Positions 56,901 to 64,000 of a stretch of 64,000 nucleotides of DNA are shown here, one piece after another. The DNA lies in contig CAZZAM010000003.1 of assembly GCA_964652775.1 (NCBI GenBank), positions 26,633 through 90,632 of the forward strand, read 5' to 3'. Position 1 is the first letter of the stretch. Each line of letters opens with the position of its first letter. The DNA is from an uncultured candidatus Brocadiaceae bacterium. GTDB lineage: Bacteria > Planctomycetota > UBA11346. Made by a program: the position numbers and the translations under genes. The notes beneath the pieces are model-generated. The model had not been told where the DNA came from and ran no database searches. It was given only the letters and a program-made list of their open reading frames with translations.

Positions 56901-57003
56901 CCGGAAGTCCGGAAGATCTCAAAGCACCTTGTACGGCCGCGATGATGCTTGCTAGACCCCGGACTTTCGGACCTCCGGACTTCCGGACAACTGGCTGTGT
57001 CAT
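53911..57003 (-). CDS. Giant exported beta-rich protein, paralog B (1030 aa), with C-terminal TMs
   Basis: Start at the ATGA overlap (57003); LLLPLAEYQKL motif; LALPTGAVLEQVAIDG modules; hydrophobic C-terminus. Confidence 0.8.
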   Translation of the reverse strand: MTQPVVRKSGGPKVRGLASIIAAVQGALRSSGLPDFRTSRLWIMALGCFISVMSAIEQPVLLPLPELMKQLDAKQEWLLLPLAEYQKLRAGNPDVPTPMRGAPAFIASAEISARVIDGRGVEFVADYTAINRSDGPALADLFVTAPEYLGAVSLGHAPAVLAPGNPVRVLVPRAGTFSGVIRWTVPLVGDIQRRTANIPLPLAGGLSLRVVGDGKGSADAHGLAKDGDGWRLVIPPGPMLPFAWLPGGGGDDALVYGVVHMLDVQVQNGPRPLRWAIQLDPKRGTPPSVINVQLPVGFTCSAALTGVARLQPIAGGVEITRSAGSLTCVLEGFLATDAPVALPRIIGAAWQTGRVRLVAAEALSCEPPPGWRPLGTQQDGSRLFAVTAPDAGMMVSRLLPEAGLAMSSSTAIAVGVERSTFDQVLIIRAGGSRVFRLPLALPAGWKVTAIRSEQGVVPPIDELVPGSTTVIALPAGLAPGTDMTIILAAEMPTQALAPAMPAVIHDATRAAHRMLISGAPGVELAIDGSGWRQSPESMSAPAYARAELFSDGDIAPVVVTAKPRAAAVDVDAVCWLLPATEATWCRVDVRLAVRDGELTRLDLGLPLVKDADLRIIGDGLTMTGDGPFTIASAKPWRGERLLRIEGRLRPAAAGRIPMITVTFPSSVRVPVVRRWAALQAPGERDLQIAIGPAARPIDADELPAWANAIPGAAVAVAWRLGDGDAGGWRTADRALAQLPAGFIDALQLASQFGPHGIRTYASCRLAAAGLAELDLALPTGAVLEQVAIDGVPAAVRRDGNRLLLHLPSRTLVHLVVLYVTPLHDGKQAPPGLGGLPVTKTTWQIAVDHSLRAVAMTNPAWMPLALGSVQSTQRIWLSGWRIGGGDVARVGGPNQEAPLPTTGDTRSLLPPPIPQRPRCEPAINLAGQFFVGERIGVPSAAALHLVPITELRQVDVLGRALALIAGLIVCVAPGFVARLIVACAVAAIPLSVALLQWQESFGVALAFCEWLPLVVVVAVVMRRMWSRRRSL
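56885..56988. repeat. Palindrome of (GGAAGTCC)n octamers inside the 5' end of paralog B
   Basis: ggaagtcc x3 + ggaag (56887-56915) versus ccggactt-type x4 (56959-56988). Confidence 0.9.
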
Positions 57004-60000
57004 GGCTTGTCCGCCATCCATGGATCTGGCGACGCAACCGGGGTGGGAATTGGACGCCGGGCATGCCAAGCAGATAATCCCGCACAGATCACGACCACGC
57101 CGGCTCCTCCGCCAGCGCCCCATGCCAACGCCACCCACGCCGAGGCAGTCGCGAGCGCAGCCGCCATAATAATAAGCGCGATAACGACGATGAGTGCAGC
57201 AACACTGCTTCGTCGGCGCTGCCACCAACCCAGCACCGCAATCACCACGGCGGTTAACCAGCCCAAACCATGCAGCATGGTGATTGACATGAGTTGCAGC
57301 TGGATGTGTCCACCATCACCAAGCCGCGAACATGTGATGAGCCGCCCGACTTGTGGGATCGACACGGTTAAGCCATCAAGCGGGACAATCTGCTCATCCT
57401 GCCCTGACTCATCGCGACGCAGATCGCCACCGACCGCAACGACCGCTAAACGATCGGGAACCCACAATGCACAGACCGTGCGTTCAACTGGCAGCGGACG
57501 TCCCCCTCCGGCACCGCCGACCGACGGCATCTCAATCGCCAGACTGGCGGTTGCTCCGAGTACGCCCTCGCCCAGCGCTATTTCGTAGGCGAAAGCGACA
57601 CGATGGGCACCGACCGCTGCGGCGCGCTCACCGAGCGGTACGACCAAGGCTCCATCAGCCTTTCTGCTGGGTCGCGTCTGGCGACCATCAACGGCGACCT
57701 CAAGCAAGTCGGCTCCTGCTGGCAGTCGCAGTTCTAAGTACGGCCGACCCCGGCTCTCGATCATGATGCCACCAGCAACCCGCAGACGACGGTCTTCGCC
57801 AAGCACAGCGTGATAGCTGACGAGTGAAATGGCTGCATCCGTGAGCGTCACCAAATCGTGACGTTCGATGGTCAAGTTTACTGCCGCAGCTTCGGTACCC
57901 CGGAACGCCGCCACGGTGCCGGGTCCTTGCAAGGTCGGCGGCAAATCCGCCGGAGCGAGCACATCAAGCCCAGCTGCGGTCGCGGTGATCGTCACCGAGC
58001 CATCGCGCGCCACCGCCGTCAGCACGGTGCGTCGGGTCGCGTCATTCAGACTCACTGCAGGCAGATGAATTGTCGCTGGTTTGCCCGCTTCTAGTCGCGG
58101 CAATTTCTCGTTGGTTTCCAACGTCACACTAAAGGAGCCAATCAACGGAGTCTGGAAACGCAGCTCCATGATCGCGCTGCCATCAGCCGCGGTGGTGACC
58201 GGTCGTTCGGCAAGTCCAGCCGCCTTCACTTGAGCCGTGCCTGCCAACCCAGCAGGGAGATGCAGATGGAGGCTGGGCGTGGCCGAGTAACGCACGTCAC
58301 CGTGCCAGGTGATGAGCCGACGTAGTCCACCTTCGGAGACCAGGACTTGTTCTTCCTGGTGCACGATCAGCTCACGACTGCGGGGAGCTGCGGACAGTAC
58401 CGGACTGCGGGCCTGACCGAGCCAGGTCCACGCAAGCGCAACCTCTTCGTCATCGCGAAGACCGTGGACGGCATCAGCTAGCAGCGGATCGGCTGCAACC
58501 GACCGGGCATCGGCGCCAGCAAGATTGTCCGCTGAAATAGCTGATAAAGCCCAGCTTTTCGGTGCGGCGACCGCCAATGTGCCACGAGCCATACGAACGC
58601 CGTCGATGCTCAAGAGTCCGATGTCGAGTCGTGGGGCCGAACCACTGCGTGGCAGCGCGGCCGGAGCCCGGAATCGCAACACCAAACGGCCATCACCAAT
58701 CAGGCGTGAACGCAAGGACAGTTCGATATGGCGGGACGCACCTTCGCCCACCGTTCGACTGTCATCGATCGCCAAGCCGCCAGCGTCGACCAGCTCCCAA
58801 CCCACGGGCAGCGGCGCTGTCAGGATGAATACACCCGCGCGACGGACACCGATCTCGGCAACCACATCTATTCGTGTTTCGTCGTTGGCCAAGCGAACCA
58901 GTTGATGCATGTGCGTCCGGACGTCGGCTTCGAGTCGCACAACAGTGATGGCAAGCGGCGGTGGTGGAGCGAGAAAACGGAATGCCGCAGCTGCGCCTTC
59001 AGATCCAACATCCTTAGGATCTACTTGCGACAGGCCCTCATGCGTCTGCACGGTCACGGCAAGACCCTCGGCTGCCTTGAGAACAACAACGCCAGTCTGT
59101 CGCTCGGCACCAACTACGGTCGGCAAGGTCACCTCCAACAGACGCGATGCACCGGCTGCGACCGGCAGCAAACGCTCCAGTTTGATATGGACCGGCAGCA
59201 CGCCCTCTTTGGCTTCGTGGGTGTGCAAGCGCAATTCGTCACCAACCCGATCCCACGTTCGCAGGCCAGGTGCCTCAACCGCCAGAACCTGACACTCAGC
59301 CGGCAGCTTGATGCTCAAATCCGCCACCGCCCGACGCAGGACGTTGATGTGGATGTTGGATTCGATGGTGATCGTGCGTTCGCCAAGCGTGATCGCGCTG
59401 CCGCTGTCGCACAGTACCAGTGCCTCGCCTGCCGCTGCTGCAACTGGCGCCCGCCATGTCAAACGCACTGAAGGCTGCCCCCCGACAACTGCACGCACCG
59501 TGGTTCCGGTTCCTCCTGCCGTGGGTTGGATCGCCACCGCCAAAGCTGGAGCCAGATTCAATTCGGCGCCGGCTTCTGGCAATTGCAGTTCAAGGCGACC
59601 GCTGCCAGCGCTCGGCAAGACCAGATCCAGACTGCGACCACCGGCCGCGTCACGGGCAACCGGTGCGGCAACATCAGCAGTGAACGTCCAGGTTCCCGCT
59701 GCTGGCAGATGCAGGCGTAAACCTTCGGGTGAACGCTCCAACATGATGCGGTCATCGCTGCCGCGCAGTTTGGCAACCGCAAGTCCGGCCGGCAACGTGA
59801 TCGACGACCAACCAGTTGCCAGCGCCACGACGGTTCCGCTCAGTCGCAGATTCGCCGATTCACCAACCACCGTGCCGGACAGTTCAAATGCGGTCAATGC
59901 GGCACCGATCGGTGGTTTGGTCGGATCAATGGCGGGACGTTGTGACGATTCCCATAGACGACGGAACTCCTCATAGGGCAACAGAACGCCGGCATTTTTC

Positions 60001-60116
60001 GGGTCCGTCGGCGGTAGTTTGTCGTACGGCACATACACCAACGGCGGTGGCGTCGTCTCAACCGCCCATCCGATGGCGCAGAGCATGGTGGCCAGAATAA
60101 AAAGTATGGATCTCAT
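57000..60116 (-). CDS. Giant exported beta-rich protein, paralog A (1038 aa), with C-terminal TMs
   Basis: Signal MRSILFILATMLCAIGWA; VLLPYEEFRRLW motif; LRLPAGADLLEVAVDG modules; about three C-terminal hydrophobic segments. Confidence 0.82.
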   Translation of the reverse strand: MRSILFILATMLCAIGWAVETTPPPLVYVPYDKLPPTDPKNAGVLLPYEEFRRLWESSQRPAIDPTKPPIGAALTAFELSGTVVGESANLRLSGTVVALATGWSSITLPAGLAVAKLRGSDDRIMLERSPEGLRLHLPAAGTWTFTADVAAPVARDAAGGRSLDLVLPSAGSGRLELQLPEAGAELNLAPALAVAIQPTAGGTGTTVRAVVGGQPSVRLTWRAPVAAAAGEALVLCDSGSAITLGERTITIESNIHINVLRRAVADLSIKLPAECQVLAVEAPGLRTWDRVGDELRLHTHEAKEGVLPVHIKLERLLPVAAGASRLLEVTLPTVVGAERQTGVVVLKAAEGLAVTVQTHEGLSQVDPKDVGSEGAAAAFRFLAPPPPLAITVVRLEADVRTHMHQLVRLANDETRIDVVAEIGVRRAGVFILTAPLPVGWELVDAGGLAIDDSRTVGEGASRHIELSLRSRLIGDGRLVLRFRAPAALPRSGSAPRLDIGLLSIDGVRMARGTLAVAAPKSWALSAISADNLAGADARSVAADPLLADAVHGLRDDEEVALAWTWLGQARSPVLSAAPRSRELIVHQEEQVLVSEGGLRRLITWHGDVRYSATPSLHLHLPAGLAGTAQVKAAGLAERPVTTAADGSAIMELRFQTPLIGSFSVTLETNEKLPRLEAGKPATIHLPAVSLNDATRRTVLTAVARDGSVTITATAAGLDVLAPADLPPTLQGPGTVAAFRGTEAAAVNLTIERHDLVTLTDAAISLVSYHAVLGEDRRLRVAGGIMIESRGRPYLELRLPAGADLLEVAVDGRQTRPSRKADGALVVPLGERAAAVGAHRVAFAYEIALGEGVLGATASLAIEMPSVGGAGGGRPLPVERTVCALWVPDRLAVVAVGGDLRRDESGQDEQIVPLDGLTVSIPQVGRLITCSRLGDGGHIQLQLMSITMLHGLGWLTAVVIAVLGWWQRRRSSVAALIVVIALIIMAAALATASAWVALAWGAGGGAGVVVICAGLSAWHARRPIPTPVASPDPWMADKP

Positions 60117-62854
60117 GGACGAACCTCAGGCAAAGGACGTAGACGTTCGGCTTGCTCGGCCATCGTGGCAATCACGTCGGCCGGAGCGGGCAGACCGGAA
60201 CAGGCGGCGGCGATCGAGTGAAATGATAACGGACGCACATTCGCCCACCACGAACCGCGCAGCTGCTCAGCCAACTCGGCAGCGCATGCGAGAGTCCGCA
60301 GGCGTGGACTCGCGACCGACCCCAGAATTGCGCCCGGCATCGGGCAGGCGAGTTCACGCACCGTCTCCAGACGCGTATCGAAGTAGCGCACCGCTGCGGT
60401 TCCGAGCGGCCCACTGCCGCCATCGGCAAGAATGACCTCGAACAGCGCGGTGACGACGGTTGCGCTGGGAATTTCACCAGCATCGACCCGGTCATCGCGG
60501 AAATCAGTGTGCGCCAACCGCCGACGCTCGTAGCCGATCAGACGGGCATGGGTTACCCGTTCCGGATTCCACGTCACCTGGGCCTTGGCATCACGGGCCA
60601 GTATGGTCAGACGTTCGGGCAGCAAGGTCGATTGGACTGCGCGTTGCGCGTCCTCATTACTGCCCAGGAACACCTGTTGTCCGTCGCCAGCCTTGGTCAG
60701 CGCATCCAGGGCCCGGGTGTCAGCAGCACGCTCACCGACACCAAGAATTAGCAGACTGCCGCCGATAGAGCGCAGCGCACCCATCCGCTCGCATGCCGCG
60801 ACCTCGTCGGCACCAGCGATGGCTGCGCCGTCGGTCACCAAGACCACGCGCAGTGCGGTTCCGGGTGTGGCAATTTCACGGGCAACCTGACACGCCAGTG
60901 CCAATCCTTCGGCCGTGTTGGTCGCTCCGGATGGAACGACTCCGTCCAGCGCACGGTGAATGTCAGCCTTCTCGCTGCCGGTGACGATCGGAATCAGGAC
61001 GCGACCACGTTCCGAGAACGATACGACGGCCACGCGGTCTTCCGCCGAAAGCTCAGCCGTAAGTCCATGCAAGGCGAGGCGGGCGCGGTCGAGCGCACCT
61101 GGCCGGGCCATCGAACCAGATGCGTCGACTGCGATAACCAAGCGCAGTGCCTTGCGCTCACCAACCTTGGCCGCTCGACCAACCACGCCCACTGCGACCA
61201 TCGCGGTGCGGCTAGCCATGCGACCACGGGCAAATGGTGCTGGTCCGGCCTCGGCATAGAGCGCGAACGCCTCGCTACCGGTCGGCGTCGGATAATCGGC
61301 GGGCACCGCGTTGATGAAGTGCTCGGGCCGGATGGTCGCGGGATCTGGCAGGCGATTGTTGTTGATTATGTCCGAACGGGCGCGATCGAACGACGAGGTA
61401 TCTGCGTCCAACGCAAACGTCAGGCGAGCATCAGTGCGTACGATCGCCATTGGCGGAGTGCCAAATGCAGCAGTGAATGCTGGAACATCAAGCCCGAGTC
61501 GATCCGTCGGATCAAGCATGTTTGGCGTGGTATTGATCACCAAGCGTCCGCTGCCCATCACCGTCTGCAGACCAGCGCGATGTGCCAACATCACGACCTG
61601 CTCACCAGCACTAAGGCCAGTCGCCGGGGCCAACTGGGTCAGACCGCCCAACATCCGCTCGGCATCCTGCGACAGCGAGACTGGAACCTGATAGTGCTGA
61701 CTCAAATTGATCAGGCGTTGACGCGCATTGAGATCAAGCAGCGGCGATGGCGCACTGTTGGCGAGTCCTGCGGCGAGTTGGTCAGGAGATTGAGCCGCAA
61801 TGCGGTTCAGGGTAGCCGAGATGTCTGGTAGCTGCTTGGACGCATAGCCGTAGGCAGGCCCTTGCGCATGATCTGATTCCGTCCATTCGCGGCTCTTGCG
61901 GAACGCGCTTATTCCGCCCAATTCCGCTGCCGACTGCGCTACATCCCTTTGCTTGTCGGAACCCGGGACGGGAACTATGACAAGTACCGATTGGGACTTC
62001 TGCTCGTGCGCGTCCTTATTGTTCCTTAAGGCGTCGCCGACGCTGCGTGCTGGAGTATTGCCAGGGACGACTGCCAACATGGGACGCTTGCCATCACGCC
62101 GTTCGTTCACCGACGGCGAGGCGGGACGTTCCGTAACTGCCGTTACGCCATCTGCCTTCTTATCGCCATGGCCTTCGACTGGCGCGTCCAGGAGCTTTCG
62201 CTCCAATTTCTGCAGATCCTCCTGCCGCGATTGCGCTCTACCGTTAGCAGCAACCTTTCCTTTCTCGGCGCGTTTGTGGGCGGCGAGGCGCTCTGACCCA
62301 GTACCAGCGTCGTCTTTGCGATCGACGTCATCCTGAGCCTCGCGTTCCTTCATGCTTTCATCGGCGGTTGGTGCTCGCCTACGTCCCAGGTAACCCGATT
62401 TCTCACCGCCCAGGAGTGTTCCATGCTGTTGGTTCAATTCGTACGCTTCCTCTGTCGCCATCTTGTTGGCGTGGAAACGATCCTGCGCCGCCAGAGCAAC
62501 CGGCGCCGATTCAGCAAATGACTCCCGCTTTGCCGTCGTAACCGTAAACAACCCCGCCATCGCCAAGACCAAACACGCTGCAGCCGCGTACCACACGAAG
62601 CCAATGCGCCGGGCCGTGGGCTTGCGCTTCCACCCCGCCTCGGCCCGGGACATCAACAGTGATCGTGTTACTGGACGTAGAGACTCCGGCGCTGGTGGCA
62701 GATTACGGAGAGCGGCCTGGAGGGCGCGGATTTCCTCAAGTTTGGCGCGCAGTTCTGGTTGTTCAGCTAAGGCCTGTTCCATGGCGATGACGCCAGCCGG
62801 TGACAACTGCCCATCTGCGTAGGCCGTGAGATAATCAGCAGGATTGCGGCTCAT
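60113..62854 (-). CDS. Anti-sigma-like N-terminus + TM + YfbK-type vWA protein (vWF_A / VWA / DUF3520)
   Basis: DYLTAYADGQLS...ELRAKLEEI anti-sigma-like helices; TM FVWYAAAACLVLAMAGLF; ALDADTSSF..LP.P.TIRPEHFIN; MIDAS VDASGSM, TNT, LVTDG; ARDAKAQV.WNP..V...RLIGYE.R.L...DF.DD.VDAGEI. Confidence 0.88.
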   Translation of the reverse strand: MSRNPADYLTAYADGQLSPAGVIAMEQALAEQPELRAKLEEIRALQAALRNLPPAPESLRPVTRSLLMSRAEAGWKRKPTARRIGFVWYAAAACLVLAMAGLFTVTTAKRESFAESAPVALAAQDRFHANKMATEEAYELNQQHGTLLGGEKSGYLGRRRAPTADESMKEREAQDDVDRKDDAGTGSERLAAHKRAEKGKVAANGRAQSRQEDLQKLERKLLDAPVEGHGDKKADGVTAVTERPASPSVNERRDGKRPMLAVVPGNTPARSVGDALRNNKDAHEQKSQSVLVIVPVPGSDKQRDVAQSAAELGGISAFRKSREWTESDHAQGPAYGYASKQLPDISATLNRIAAQSPDQLAAGLANSAPSPLLDLNARQRLINLSQHYQVPVSLSQDAERMLGGLTQLAPATGLSAGEQVVMLAHRAGLQTVMGSGRLVINTTPNMLDPTDRLGLDVPAFTAAFGTPPMAIVRTDARLTFALDADTSSFDRARSDIINNNRLPDPATIRPEHFINAVPADYPTPTGSEAFALYAEAGPAPFARGRMASRTAMVAVGVVGRAAKVGERKALRLVIAVDASGSMARPGALDRARLALHGLTAELSAEDRVAVVSFSERGRVLIPIVTGSEKADIHRALDGVVPSGATNTAEGLALACQVAREIATPGTALRVVLVTDGAAIAGADEVAACERMGALRSIGGSLLILGVGERAADTRALDALTKAGDGQQVFLGSNEDAQRAVQSTLLPERLTILARDAKAQVTWNPERVTHARLIGYERRRLAHTDFRDDRVDAGEIPSATVVTALFEVILADGGSGPLGTAAVRYFDTRLETVRELACPMPGAILGSVASPRLRTLACAAELAEQLRGSWWANVRPLSFHSIAAACSGLPAPADVIATMAEQAERLRPLPEVRP

Positions 62855-63432
62855 AGGACGGCCTCACGCAGCATCTGATTGTCACGCAGACGGGACATCG
62901 CTTGATTCAGAATGACACCAACATGCGACACCGACTTACCGAGTCGCTCCGCGATCAATTTGTAGTCAAGTTGGTCGCGATAGCGCAAGATGACGGCGGC
63001 TCGTTCCAGTGGTGGCAGATCAGCGACCGCAGCCCATAACTGCGTGCCGCTATCAACCGGCGTTCCTTCAGGCGGAGTCCGCTGCGAAACCTGTTCCGGC
63101 AGCGGCGCCGTGCGTCGACGACGGAGATGATCCAGGCACTGATTGCGAACCACCGTACACAACCAACCGCCCAGGCTGTGGCGTTCGTTCGCCTTAGCGA
63201 GCAGTCCATGACCGTCACTGCATAAGCGGAGGAATCCCTCCTGCACGACGTCGTCCGCCACATCCGCGTCCCCGGTAATGGCGTGAGCGAGCCGCAGCAG
63301 GTCGGCCTGATGGCGATCAACGATGGCAGAGAATGCGTCCATATTGGCGTAGGTGAGGAACCGCTGAAGGAGAACCACGTCGGCGACGGGATCGATGGGC
63401 GTTTCCACAAACCTATCTACGGACTCAGTCAT
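62851..63432 (-). CDS. ECF RNA polymerase sigma factor
   Basis: AFSAIVDRHQADL..ADDVVQEGFLRL..WLCTVVRNQCLDHLRRR; LPPLERAAVILRY..IAERLG. Confidence 0.93.
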   Translation of the reverse strand: MTESVDRFVETPIDPVADVVLLQRFLTYANMDAFSAIVDRHQADLLRLAHAITGDADVADDVVQEGFLRLCSDGHGLLAKANERHSLGGWLCTVVRNQCLDHLRRRRTAPLPEQVSQRTPPEGTPVDSGTQLWAAVADLPPLERAAVILRYRDQLDYKLIAERLGKSVSHVGVILNQAMSRLRDNQMLREAVL

Positions 63433-63553
63433 GGTTTCTTAGCCGGGCATGCGCCATGGAGATTGGCGAGAACGGTAGGCCGCGCGTGTGGGCGGCGCAA
63501 GCATGACCTCCGCTATTTGGACTACTGTAACGACGTGGTCACGCCCGTGCCAC

Positions 63554-64000
63554 TTACCACCCAGTCACATGTCCGGCATCAATTACGGCTTTTCCACCGC
63601 CAGGAACGACTACCAGCAGCCGTCCACTCTCGTCAATGCCAGCTCCGGTACCCACGAGTTGACCATTGCGACCATCAACGGTGACCCTGCGACCCTGGAG
63701 CACGTCGCGGCGCCGCAGTTGCGGGAGCAAGGGCGATAACCCGCGCAGCGCCAACAGCCCAATGCCTTCCAAAAGATAGCCACGAATAGCCGCCAGTAAT
63801 TCCAACGTTGGCGGCGGTGCCGCGTGTTGGTGCAAGCTGGTTGCGGTCGCTACAAGCTCCGCCGGAAGGTCGGCGGAAAGATTCACGCCACAGCCGACCA
63901 CCACCCGACCAGAACGTCCTTCACACAAAATGCCTCCGAGCTTGCGACCAGCGAGCGTCACATCATTGGGCCACTTGATGCCGAGTTCGATGCCAGCGCA
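63554..64000 (-). CDS. birA: Biotin--[acetyl-CoA carboxylase] ligase, C-terminal part (runs off the window end)
   Basis: Reading from the window end: GIKWPNDVMTLAGRKLGGILCE...VGCGVNL...ATSL...GIDESGRLLV. Confidence 0.9.
   Translation of the reverse strand, partial: CAGIELGIKWPNDVTLAGRKLGGILCEGRSGRVVVGCGVNLSADLPAELVATATSLHQHAAPPPTLELLAAIRGYLLEGIGLLALRGLSPLLPQLRRRDVLQGRRVTVDGRNGQLVGTGAGIDESGRLLVVVPGGGKAVIDAGHVTGW

Noticed and set aside
1492-56988. Short tandem units as a possible CRISPR array
   Set aside because: Units are 7-8 nt in inverted arms, with no 25-45 bp direct repeats, no regular spacers and no cas genes.
1-64000. The many short or overlapping ORFs in the six-frame track (e.g. 6256..7116-, 8395..8949-, 35555..36373+, 44129..44770-, 54728..55378+, 59308..59976+)
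   Set aside because: They are antisense or out-of-frame shadows of well-supported genes in GC-rich DNA, with no recognisable motifs.

Overview
Bacterial window, GC-rich by eye (not computed). Gene content (many secreted HEAT/WD40 proteins, an ECF sigma factor with a long C-terminal extension, a NatB-CPBP fusion, a UroD-like protein beside a sugar mutarotase) suggests a PVC-superphylum organism, probably a planctomycete (inference). Recognisable genes: partial AraC regulator, UroD-family protein, rhaM, mscS-family channel, ppk1, ppx, ROK kinase, metallophosphoesterase, ACT protein, phosphohexomutase, NatAB-like ABC exporter, bshC, sialate O-acetylesterase, LacI regulator, DUF4202, Ser/Thr kinase, LMW phosphatase, araD, peroxiredoxin, MFS transporter, a six-gene TonB2/TtpC-type cluster, two ECF sigma factors, partial birA, tRNA-Glu(TTC) and tRNA-Leu(CAA). 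Two large stop/start-overlapping operons of unknown function stand out: (i) 2671-13647, a secreted protein, two secreted HEAT-repeat proteins and a membrane-anchored WD40 + caspase-like protease with intact His/Cys dyad; (ii) 50609-63432, an ECF sigma, an anti-sigma/vWA(YfbK) fusion and three paralogous 1,030-1,101 aa exported, C-terminally membrane-anchored proteins. There are several families of short-unit palindromic elements, two of which lie in frame inside N-terminal signal regions. Also present: a mini-element built from tRNA-Glu 3' ends, a mirror-image divergent promoter region and an orphan flagellin-like gene. No CRISPR array, rRNA or intact transposase/integrase was seen.
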